Origin: Macrostomum lignano
Lineage: Eukaryota
NCBI GenBank assembly: GCA_002269645.1
Contig: NIVC01000875.1
Location: 62,001 to 126,000, forward strand
Direction of reading: 5' to 3'
Length of the DNA stretch: 64,000 nucleotides
This document shows positions 28,085 through 39,218 of this stretch, in pieces. The position numbers were made by a program, and so were the translations under genes. The stretch's first letter is position 1; each line of letters opens with the position of its first letter. Under the pieces are notes generated by a model. It was given only the letters and a program-made list of their open reading frames with translations. It was not told where the DNA came from and did no database searches.

Positions 28085-28829
28085 TAGTGATGGATCGGAA
28101 TTATTTTTCAAATCGAAATCAAAATTGAAATTTTTTGGTTCCTTAGAATTGAAATCAAAATCGAAATTGAAATTTTTGAGCTTAACAAATTTTTACTTTT
28201 TCACTAATCATGCAGAAAGGTTAATACCTTGCCTCTGCATGTATGAGCTTACATGTTTTATAAAAAGTATCTTTGATATGTTTAAACCAGAATACTAAAG
28301 ATTTAACTTACTTTAAAAATACAAAATAGAAAATGCTGGTGTATTATGTATTATACACTCGTACATAGAAATATAGTAGAAGTTGTATTATACTTCACTG
28401 CTGTTCAAGCTGAAGATCTAGATTAGATACGAGTAGCCTATGTCCCTATCATTAAGGCTTTAAGTCTTTAGCTAATTAAAATCCACACCAATGAGTTCAG
28501 CCAGTGGGCTTATGGAGGTTGAGGTGGGTGCAGCACAAGGCCTGGAACAGTTGTGTGCCATGCACAATCTTTCTTGTAGAAAAGGCAATTCTCACCTCCC
28601 CACTGAGTCTTTGAACTACATTTTCTTTCACTTCCTATAGATTTTCTTTCTCATGTAGCATGATCATCAATGTCTAAATTGTTAAAATATAACCAAAATT
28701 TCGAAATGATTTTCAATGAATGGTGTCGTGATTTAGCTGTCACTAAATCAAAATTGAAATTATTTCGATGCAAAATTAGTTTTGAAATTCGGAATATCAA
28801 AATCAAAATTGAATTTTGATCCATCACTA
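28085..28829. mobile_element. hAT-type non-autonomous element, 745 bp
   Basis: TIRs tagtgatggatc...gatccatcacta; perfect 8-bp TSD gacaaaaa. Confidence 0.85.
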
Positions 28830-28942
28830 GACAAAAAAGATTAGTATATTTAGATATAGCATTGAAACCCTAAAATATTTTTGGCAGACAAGCTATATAA
28901 CATCTTTATATTATTTCTATGCATTGCTTCTATGTCCTAACC

Positions 28943-30517
28943 CAGTGTTGGGCAAGTTACTCAAAAAATTAACTTGCATTACTATAACTTAGTTACAACT
29001 TTTTAAAAAGTAACTTCGTTAGCCTAGTAACTTTATATAAAAACTCAGGTAACTTTTAAGTTACTGTCTGTTACTAACTTCCATTACCTATGTTATAAAC
29101 AAAATTTTCTGCCTTTTCACTTTGAGATGTGCAGGAACAGCACAAATGATTGCAAAAGCAAAGAGAATAAATACAACAGTTTATTTTAGTAACTGTATTG
29201 AATTTTAACCACTTTTGGCTATTTCTGTAAAAAGAAAAAAAAGCTGTAGGTCAGAAACTTTATGGCAAAACGCATTTTTAATTTTTTAATAACAATAATA
29301 ACATTATGTGCAGTGCAGTACCAGTGGACTTGTGGAGGCTACAGATAAATTTCTTTCTTTGGTTTTTTGATTTGTTTGAAAATGATCAAAGCAAAAATAG
29401 TTTACCAAAGTTAAAAAAGTAAAAACATGTTTCAAGTATTTCTTCATTAGTTACAGTGCAATACCATACAATACTATTCACTTCATTTTGAATTTAGGAA
29501 TGACAAATGCTAAAAATGTGATAACCGGCATAATAGCTAAGCATATCAGTTTTAAATTTAAATATTGCAATTGTTGCAAAGTAACTAATGGACTTCCAAA
29601 ATTTGAATAACTTATTGTTACTCCGTTACCAAAATAGGAAAGTAACTTGCGCAAGGAACGCTTAACAAAAAAGTAACTTGCGTTACCATTTGCAAGTGTC
29701 AAAGGGCTGTTTTTTCTGTCTCTTCAAATGATTCCACAGCTGTCACTAAAGTTGTCAAATGGCTAAACTCCTATTTTTATAAATGTTGGTAGCTGCTACC
29801 AAGACTATTCTATTAATAAATTATGAGTTTAATAATCTTAGAATAAGTCTGAGAATATTTCTTAGAAAAATTCTGAGTATTTAGTCTGAGTATTATTCTT
29901 AGAAAACTATTACCCCTGAAAGATTTTACTCCTCTGTTAATTTGGTAGCATTCTGTTATTTTAGTAGCGTTCTATTTAATAATTTGGCTTGAACGGTATT
30001 TTGGCTTACTGGTATATGTATTTCATGTACTTTGCAAGTCCTTGGGTGTTACCAAGATCAGAGGGTCACAGCCTCCAGTTATTCTTATACGTATCACTTC
30101 AGATCTATTTCGTATTCTCTTACTACTCAATACTTTCCTTCTCAGTAGTCTATATGGTACACATTTCTGTCTACTTCACTCTTATTTCAACAAATGAAAA
30201 ACTTGGAAAACACCTTTCAATATTTACTTGAAACACTTCTTAACTATATTACTGTTTAAACTGCGAGAGCAAATCGTGAAACAAGACTGAACAGGTTGCT
30301 CTTCTCTTTTCGAAATTTGCTTCTATTTATACCAATTTTTAGGTCTAGTTTTAACAAAAAATAAATTGTGAAATTATTTTAGAAAACATGAATAATAAAA
30401 CAAAATGTCATTCTTAGTTTTAGCATATGTATACTGCATACTAGCAATTTAATTTTTTACATAAAACGAGAGAGGCCTTCCTCACAAGTTACTCAGTAAT
30501 GGAAGTGCCCAACACTG
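28943..30517. mobile_element. hAT-type non-autonomous element, 1575 bp
   Basis: TIRs cagtgttgggca...tgcccaacactg; perfect 8-bp TSD tcctaacc; subterminal gttac/gtaac repeats. Confidence 0.85.
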
Positions 30518-31472
30518 TCCTAACCTATGATTTTAAGACCTATAAAACATAGAAGTTAAACATCTGAAAATGCAAGTTAGGTTAATGAATAATTTGATGT
30601 TTATAACAAATTTGCAATAAATTTTGCACATTAAGTGCATCAAAGATTATTTGTATATCTTGATACCAACATTGGCAATACCAACATTTTCATGGTAAAT
30701 GCTATATTCTTGAATATGGACTTATGGCCGTAGAAAAAATGCTGTAAGTATCGTATTGCATACTCTTATCTTTGTTCTTTCAAATAATTTATTGCAAATT
30801 TCTTTGGTAGTTTTAGTGTTTTTAGGTTAGGGCTTTGCTGTGTACTGTAAAATATCTTTTTACCTGGGCCTTTTCCAACTTTTCCAACTTACATTATACT
30901 GGTTATGCAACTTTTAACAAAACTGCTTGTTTAATGTTTGTTTAGGCCCTAGCTGTCCATTTGTAGCTTTTTGTTCCTTTTTGCTTTTCGTTCACCTTTT
31001 TGTACAGCATCTTGTGTTTTTGTTGTCTTTTGTAGATCTTCTAGAATCTAAAATCGAACCCTTGACCTTCAAGTCGTGAGTCTAATGCTCTAACCACTAG
31101 GCTAGAACTTAGTCTAACTGGAAAAACTTGTGTCCTTGAGCTTAACTCTGCATTGCTTCAGTTCACCCAGCTGTAAAATGGGTTCCAGCATTAGCTGGGT
31201 TAATTGAGGGTGTGCAGCGACCCCCCAGTCCTTAGACTGAACAGCCATATGAAGCCTTCAAATGCACCGCGAAATATCTGCGGCTGAGCTGTCGGTTGCC
31301 CATCTTTCCCAATCGGGGCAGGTGTAATCAATTATTGTTTTTATTATTTCTACAAAGCAAATTATTACAATTTTATACTTCTAACCTACTATTAAGTAGT
31401 ACTTGTGCATATAAATCTTCATATTAAAAAAATGTAAATCCAGTCAAGCTACAATGCTGCTACTTCCAGGCA

Positions 31473-34400
31473 ATGTCTGGCACGCCGTTGCGCCAGCAAA
31501 TGTCGTTTGCAGGCGGCGGCGCCACTGCGCCAGGCAGCGATCCGCGCGCTGGCGCCTCCGCGGAGGTTGCGGCATTTCGACGCAAATCAACTCAGCACGC
31601 TTCGTTGAAGCAGTTCCGCCAGGTGAAGGAGGAGATCAACCAGGTGTACGCGCAGATCTCAGCTTACATTGACGAGTGTCTGGAGTTCTTCAACTCAGAT
31701 TGCTCAGCTAACACGCCGGGAGCAATCGGCGATGCAGCCTCGGTGAAGGTCGAGGAGGCCTGCTTCTCTCGGATCCTCACGCCCGCCGCTGTGCAGTCGG
31801 TGACAGATTTTCGGGCCAAAGTCAGAGGCATCCGGGAGGTGATCTCGCGCAACCAGATGAAGTGCGCCTTCTTTGGGCGCACGTCCAACGGGAAGAGCAC
31901 CGTGATTAATGCTATGCTGGGCAGGAAGGTGCTGCCATCTGGGATCGGTCACACGACTAACTGCTTCCTGCAGGTGAGCATATTGGTGCGCTTTTGTCTC
32001 ATCCCGTTACTGTCTCTTCAATCCCACCTCCTCAATTCCATCTGATCCCATCTCCCCAGTTCAGTCTGATCCCATCTCCCCTATCTGTCTCATCCCATCT
32101 CCGCAATTCCGTCTGATCCCATCTCCCCAGTTCAGTCTGATCCCATCTCCGCAATTCCGTCTGATCCCATCTCCGCAATTCCGTCTGATCCCATCTCCCC
32201 AGTTCAGTCTGATCCCATCTCCGCAATTCCGTCTGATCCCATCTCCCCAGTTCAGTCTGATCCCATCTCCGCAATTCCGTCTGACCCCATCTCCCCAATT
32301 TCTTCTGATCCCATCTCCGCAAATTCTGTCTGATCCCATCTCCCCAAATTCTGTCTGATCCCATCTCCTCAAATTCTGTCTGATCCCATCTCCCCAAATT
32401 CTGTCTGATCCCATCTCCCCTAATTCTGTCTGATCCCATCTCCCCTAATTTCGTCTGATCCCATCTCCCCAAATTCTGTCTGATCCCATCTCCCCTAATT
32501 CTGTCTGATCCCATCTCCCCAAATTCTGTCTGATCCCATCTCCTTAGTTACATCTGATCCCATCTCCCCAAATTCCGTCTGATCCCATCTCCCCTAATTC
32601 TATCTGATCTGGCATCTCCCCTAATTCTATCTGATCCCATCTCCCCAAATTCTGTTTGATCCCATCTCCTCAAATTCTGTCTGATCCCATCTCCCCAAAT
32701 TCCATCTGATCCCATCTCCCCTGTTTTATCTGATCCTATCTCCCCAAATTCTGTCTGATCCCATCTCCCCAAATTCTGTCTGATCCCATCTCCCCAATTC
32801 CGTCTGATCCCATCTCCCCTGTTTTATCTGATCCCATCCCATCTGATCCCATCTCCCCAAATTCTGTCTGATCCCATCTATCCAAATTCTGTCTGATCCC
32901 ATCTCCCCAATTCCGTCTGATCCCATCTCCCCAAATTCTGTCTGATCCCATCTCCCCAATTCCGTCTGATCCCATCTCCCCTAATTCTGTCTGATCCCAT
33001 CTCCCCTAATTCTGTCTGATCCCATCTCCCCAAATTCTGTCTGATCCCATCTCCCCAATTCCGTCTGATCCCATCTCCCCAAATTCTGTCTGATCCCATC
33101 TCTCAGATTCCATCTCACCCGCTAACTCAACAACCCTGTCCCAGGTGGAGGGCACCAGCAAGCAGTCGGCCTACCTACAGACGCCGAACAGCTCGGAGGA
33201 ACAGCCCATCGAGTCGGTCAGCCAGTTGGGCAGCGCGCTGTCAAACGAGAAAATGGACTGCGAGTCCTTGGTTCGAGTCTTTTGGCCCAAGCAGCTCTGC
33301 AGCCTGCTCAGAGAGGATGTGGTGCTGCTCGACTCGCCCGGAGTTGACGTCTCTCCCGACCTGGACACGTGGATCGACCAGTTCTGCATGGATGCCGACG
33401 TGTTCATCCTGGTGTGCAACTCCGAGTCCACCCTGATGAACACTGAGAAGAAGTTCTTTCACAAAGTTGGCAGCAAGCTGAGCAAGCCGAATGTATTCGT
33501 GCTCAACAATCGGTGGGATTGCTCAGATGGTGAGCTGGACTCAGCCGAGCTGGTACGCAAGCAGCACATGGATAAGAGTGTGAGCTTTCTGGCTGACGAG
33601 CTGAAGTCCTGCACCAGGTGACTAGCTTTTTATATTGTTTTAATATTCGAATTGCCTACTGACTTAGTAGTGTAGTAGAATAAATAGCTAATTTCTTAAT
33701 GATTCACCACTAATTGTTTCTCAGATCTGAAGCCGAATCTCGAGTTTACTTTGTATCGGCCAAGGAGGCCCTCGTGAATAGGCTTAAGGAGACTAACCAG
33801 GGCTTGGAGTCTCCTTCACCAGGTAAAATTTACTGATGCCTACATGTTGATGGTGATAGTGCCTCTCTTATAATGTGCTCATACTACTCATAATCAGTGC
33901 TCATACTACTCATGCCACTCATAATCGGAGCTCATTACTTATTACTGTACCACTCACTCTTCAGCTGGCTCCCTCGCGGACGGTTGGCAATCTCGCTATT
34001 TCGATTTCAAAAATTTCGAACGCGAATTCGAGCTTATCCTGTCCGAATCGGCCATTCGAACCAAATTCGCCGCACACGCCGAGCAGGGCCGGCATATCGC
34101 CGGCCAGATGTTCTCCATCTTGGAGGCCGTGTACGAGGGCTCGGTCGAGGAGAAGGACTCGGCGGTGCGGCAGCGGCAGGCACTGCAGAGGGACTTGGAG
34201 AATCTCCGAGTTCGGAATGCCAAGGTATTCAATTTCGTTTATTGAGTTCTTCACTCAGTGTCCCTTCATCCAGTGTCTGTATCCCTTCATCCAGTATCTG
34301 TATCCCTTCATCCAGTGTCTGTATCCCTTCATCCAGTGTCTGTATCCCTTCATCCAGTGTCTGCATCCCTTCATCCAGTGTCTGTATCCCTTCATCCAGT

Positions 34401-37400
34401 GTCTGTATCCCTTCATCCAGTGTCTGTATCCCTTCATCCAGTGTCTGTATCCCTTCATCCAGTGCCTACATCCATTATCCAGCATCTCACATCCCTTCAT
34501 CCAGTGTCTGTATCCCTTCATCCAGTGCCTACATCCTTTTATCCAGCATCTCACATCCCTTCATCCAGTGTCTGTATCCCTTCATCCAGTGTCTGTATCC
34601 CTTCATCCAGTGTCTATATCCCTTCATCCAGTATCTATATCCCTTCATCCAGTGTTTAAATCCCTTCATCCAGTGTCTGTATCCCTTCATCCAGTGTCTG
34701 TATCCCTTCATCCAGTGTCTATATCCCTTCATCCAGTGTCTGTATCCCTTCATCCAGTGTCTGTATCCCTTCATCCAGTGTCTATATCCCTTCATCCAGT
34801 GTCTGTATCCCTTCATCCAGTGTCTATATCCCTTCATCCAGTGCCTACATCCTTTTATCCAGCATCTCACATCCCTTCATCCAGTGTCTGTATTCCTTTA
34901 TCCAGTGTCTGTATTCCTTTATTCAGTGTCTATTCCTTCATCCAGTGCCTGCATCCCTTCATCCAGTGCCTGCATCCCTTCATCCAGTGCCTGCATCCCT
35001 TCATCCAGTGCCTGCATCCCTTTATCCGTGCCTGTATCCCTCGATCCAGTGTCTGTATTCCTTTAATCAGTGTCTATTCCTTTATGCAGTGTCTGTATTC
35101 CTTCATCCAGTGTCTGTATTCCTTCATCCAGTGTCTGTATTCCTTCATCCAGCATTTCATATCCCTTCATCCAGTGTCTCTGTATTCCTTCATCCAGCAT
35201 CTTACACTCCTTTATCCAGCATCTCGCATCCCTTTATCCAGCATCTCACTTCCCTTCATCCAGCATCTTACACCCCTTTATCCAGCATCTCGCATCCCTT
35301 TATCCAGCATCTCACACCCCTTCATCCAGCATCCTACACCCCTTTATCCAGCATCTCACACCCCTTCATCCAGCATCCTACACCCCTTTATCCAGCATCT
35401 CGCATCCCTTTATCCAGCATCACGCCGCAATCTCCCCACGCATCCGCAGGTCGCGGCCAGCACCGAGCGGGACATCCGCCAGACGCTGGAGGGCATCGAG
35501 CGCAAGGTGGCCGGCACCCTGTCTGAAGAGATCCGCCGCCTAGTGGAAATTGTGGACGACTTTGACCGGCCGTTCCACCCGGACAGCATGTCACTGGTCG
35601 TCTACAAAAAGGAGCTAAACGAGCACGTGGAGCGAACGCTGGGCCTGCGATTAACAGAGAACTGCGCCAGACAGCTGGCCAAGGAGGTTCGGCGAGGCCT
35701 GACAGCGATGCAGGACCGGTACACCGCTCTGGTGGGGCAGGAGACCCGGCAGAGAATGCAGGCACATGTGCAGCCCGGCCTGGCCCATTGGGAACCGGCG
35801 TTTCACATCGATTGCCGGAATATCTGCGCCGATTTTCGCGAAGATATCGAATTTCGATTTTCGCTTAGTCCTACCGCTCTGCTGGCTAGGCTTCAGGTTG
35901 GTTGCTAGGGGGAAGGTGTTGCTATGAGAACAGGGATAGTTCGTAAGATGTCTCACAATGCATGCCCGTTATAAAAAGCGTTGCCGTAACACGAATCGCT
36001 AGAGTCATTACATTCCCAACAATGCACTACTAGTGACTCAAGCAACTATGGGGCGACTCCTGTGACTTTTTAACGACTGAATGCTACAAGGTACATGGTA
36101 CAAGCCGTCAAAAAGTCGTCAAAGAATCGCCCACGAATCACTTTGAAGCTTTCTTTATTGCCTGCGACTCTGAAACGACAGTTCTTGGACGACTCTATCG
36201 CGACTCTGTTACGGTTCTGCAACTGACGTGACGCGCTTGTGACGCAACAGTTGCCTCTCCGTCGCATCAGACGTGTTTGAGTCGTTAAAAAGTATCAAGA
36301 GTTGCTTCAATTCTTGTCCCAGTACCTTACGGGTCATGAGCGCATCACATGAGCTGCGCAATCATAAAGAGTCGCGAAAAAGTCGTCCAAAAGTTGTTAT
36401 CAATGTGAAATGCGACTCTAATTTATAAAGTGACGCAGTGATGCAGATGCGCTTGAGATGCAACTCAGTGAAACTACAGCGACTCCGGCACGCCTCAGAT
36501 ACGACTCTACGGCCAGAGAAGAGCCACTTGCATCGCCCCAGAGTCGTTTGAGAGTCGCAGACAATAAAACGAATCAAATTGAATCTTGAAGCGACTCTTT
36601 GACGACGTTTACCGTGACATCTTGTTCGTTTTTTAGTCCTCTAGAGTCACTTTTTATTTAGTGACTCTATAGTTCCTATTTAACCTGAGTCAGGGGCGTC
36701 GCCATTGATTTTATGGTGTGAGGGACAGAGCCGAGAATTCAACATGTACATGTTCATGACTAAATTCCTACATGTTCATTATATTGAGAATCGGTGTTGT
36801 CAGCGCTCATTTTAGCGCCGGAGGCACTAATTTTGGCGCCAAAGGCGCTATATTTTGCGCCCTGAAAGAAAAATTATTGATTACCACAACGGATCTGAAG
36901 GTGGAGAAGTGGTGAGCAAAGCATTGACATGTCCCCCTCATAGATTTTACTGCGGAGGGACATGTCCCCCCCCCTGTCTTGCAACGACTCCGGGTTGCTT
37001 CTTAGCTTGGATACCGTTTTTATCGGGACAAAAAATTACCCAATTCGAAATTTTTATTCTAGCTCTCCATCTAACCCAACCCCCACCTGCAGGGCCGCAA
37101 GCCGCACGAATCGCAGCAGGTGGTTCTACAGGCCTCCGCGGCCACCCCTCGAACTCCGTCGAACACTTCGAACGCTTTGGCCTCGGCCGCAGCCTCCAGC
37201 ATTCAGCAGCATTATCATCATCAACAGCAGCAGCAGCAGCTTCATCAAGCGGCGCCTCTAGCTGCCCAGTTTCCCCTGCTCCTGGCCGCTTTCCCGTCGT
37301 TGATGTCTCGGAACACCCTGGGCGCCGTGGCGGTCGTTGGCGTGGTGTTCAAGGCCACAGGCTGGCGGGTGCTGGCAGTCTGCGGCGCGGTTTACGGAGG

Positions 37401-37752
37401 CCTGTACCTGTATGAGCGGCTGACATGGACCGGCCGGGCCAGGGAGCGCCTGTTCAAGCGGCAGTATGTAGACTATGCCACGGCTAAGCTGCGGCTTATT
37501 GTCGATTTAACGTCGTCTAACGCTTCGCATCAGGTTCGCCAGGAGCTGGTCATGTGCCAGAAGAAACTGCTGCATGAGGTCGAATCTGAGGAGGCTTCGA
37601 AAATGTCCGAAGCGGAGAGACTGGAACGCCTCATCCGCAGGCTAGAGGAGGTCTGCTCAACCGCTAAGCGGCTGAAAAATCAGGCAGCCTTTTTGGACAA
37701 AACTTTGGCTAATTTTCATCAGACCCACATACTGCAGGACCGGCAGGAATAA
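31473..37752 (+). CDS. MFN: Mitofusin (fzo/Marf-type dynamin-like GTPase); exons 31473-31973, 33145-33617, 33725-33822, 33965-34224, 35450-35896, 37093-37752; 812 aa
   Basis: FFGRTSNGKSTVINAMLGRKVLPSGIGHTTNCFLQ|VEG (P-loop); LLDSPGVDV; FVLNNRWD; YFVSAKE; EEIRRL; CADFREDIEFRFSL; transmembrane segment followed by GWR...YGGLYLYERLTWT; HR2. All introns are GT-AG with consistent phases (2439 bp total). Confidence 0.95.
32035..33105 (+). repeat. 24-25 bp minisatellite (tctgtctgatcccatctccccaaat) filling mitofusin intron 1
   Basis: Tandem units are directly visible and account for the spurious minus-strand ORFs. Confidence 0.95.
34257..35420 (+). repeat. 21-22 bp minisatellite (atcccttcatccagtgtctgt, grading to atccagcatctcacacccctt) filling mitofusin intron 4
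   Basis: Tandem units; source of the PFIQCLY / SLHPVSV / IPSSSVC pseudo-ORFs. Confidence 0.95.
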
Positions 37753-37924
37753 CTGCTCTCTTTTATAATTAGGTGACTTGCTGCACTTTTTATTTGGCTG
37801 GCGACCCCGCAAATATACTGACTGAGGCATGGAAAATTGATTTTTTAAACTAGGTCTTAAAGACACTCCTGGTTCGTCACTTGCAACCCCTTGGTGCCAT
37901 TTTGGTGCAAAGTCTATTAAAAAG

Positions 37925-38335
37925 TGACGCTACATCTATAACCCTAGTGGCGCTACATCTATAACCCTAGTGGCGCTACATCTATAACCCTAGTGGCGCT
38001 ACATCTATAACTCTAGTGGCGCTTTATCTTTAATCCTAGTGGCGCTACATATATTACCCTAGTGGCGCTACATCTAAAACCCGAGTGACGCTACATTTAT
38101 TGCCCTAGTGGCGCTACATCTATTACCCTAGTGGCGCTACATCTATACCCTAGTGGCGCTACATCTATAACCCGAATGACGCTACATCTATAACCCGAGT
38201 GACGCTACATCTATTGCCCTAGTGGCGCTTTATCTTTAATCCTATTGGCGCCAAATCTATAACCCTAGTGGCGCTTTATCTTTAATCCTAGTGGCGCCAA
38301 ATCTATAACCCTAGTGGCGCTATATCTATTACACC
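37925..38335 (+). repeat. 23-bp minisatellite (ccctagtggcgctacatctataa); second array at 39957-40105
   Basis: Tandem units are visible at both loci. Confidence 0.9.
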
Positions 38336-39218
38336 CCTGTTGAGGCAGAACACAACAATAATGTAGAAGCTTCCACTTTAACCTAGGCTCCCAGGTACAT
38401 GCTTAACAACAAACTGTTATTTTTAGTGATTCTGTGATGTGAAGACAACCTGACAATGTAATGGAATATCATGTAGCTTTAGGAATAAATGCCGACAATA
38501 GGTAGTCTCATTTTCATGCAGTCTTCTTCTAATCTAAAACTGGTACTCTTAAGTATCCTTAGATTTAGCATCAGTATGGTACTCGCGCGCGGTTTTTATT
38601 TGTTTTCTTAGTTAGTAAATTCTCACCTGTAGCTGTTTATCCAGATTCGGGGAAATTTTCAATCCTACTTCCTCTAACACCTCAATCGTAGTTGAATACA
38701 TTGTTTGTGCTTTGAATTGCCATCCTCGCAATCATTTATTACCTAGGCTTATTGACTTCATCAAATTGTTAAGTTTTGTTATTGAATATTTTTTACCATC
38801 TTATTGTTACCTTAGCTTATGTAGTATTTGACAGTGTCAGCTTAATAAATACCGATCCGTTGAAATAAAATATTCATTTGACCAGCCTATTTTCTGTTGA
38901 AATATAAATGAAGAAATTTTTTTGGATACAAAACCAAATTTTGAGCAACCGTTAGAGTACCTCTAGTGTCATTCATTTATTTGTTTTTATTTTTAGAGTT
39001 GATTCTTCTAAATTTATTAATATTTATATAGTGTTTAATAGGTAGGACTTGCTTTGTGTAGATTTTAGATACTGAGAAACTAATTATTGTCAACCATATA
39101 CTCGTAAGTCTACATAAGTACTACGAAAATTAGTTATTAAAGCGCACCATTTCAGATATGAATAGCAGTCTTTGTCCTAATAATCATTAATAATTATTAT
39201 TTATGAATGTCGCAGAAC

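Noticed and set aside
32032-33099. MGSDRI/RWDQTE repeat ORFs on the minus strand
   Set aside because: Antisense readings of the intron-1 minisatellite.
33875-35908. 677-aa ORF and overlapping 389/193/157-aa ORFs as standalone proteins
   Set aside because: They are translations of the 21-bp intronic minisatellite joined to mitofusin exon 5; the spliced model explains the real coding parts.
36691-36991. hAT-like MITE in mitofusin intron 5
   Set aside because: The TIR match is weak and there is no TSD.
32035-38335. Regular 21-25 bp repeats as CRISPR arrays
   Set aside because: Head-to-tail units with no unique spacers, no cas genes, and a eukaryotic context.
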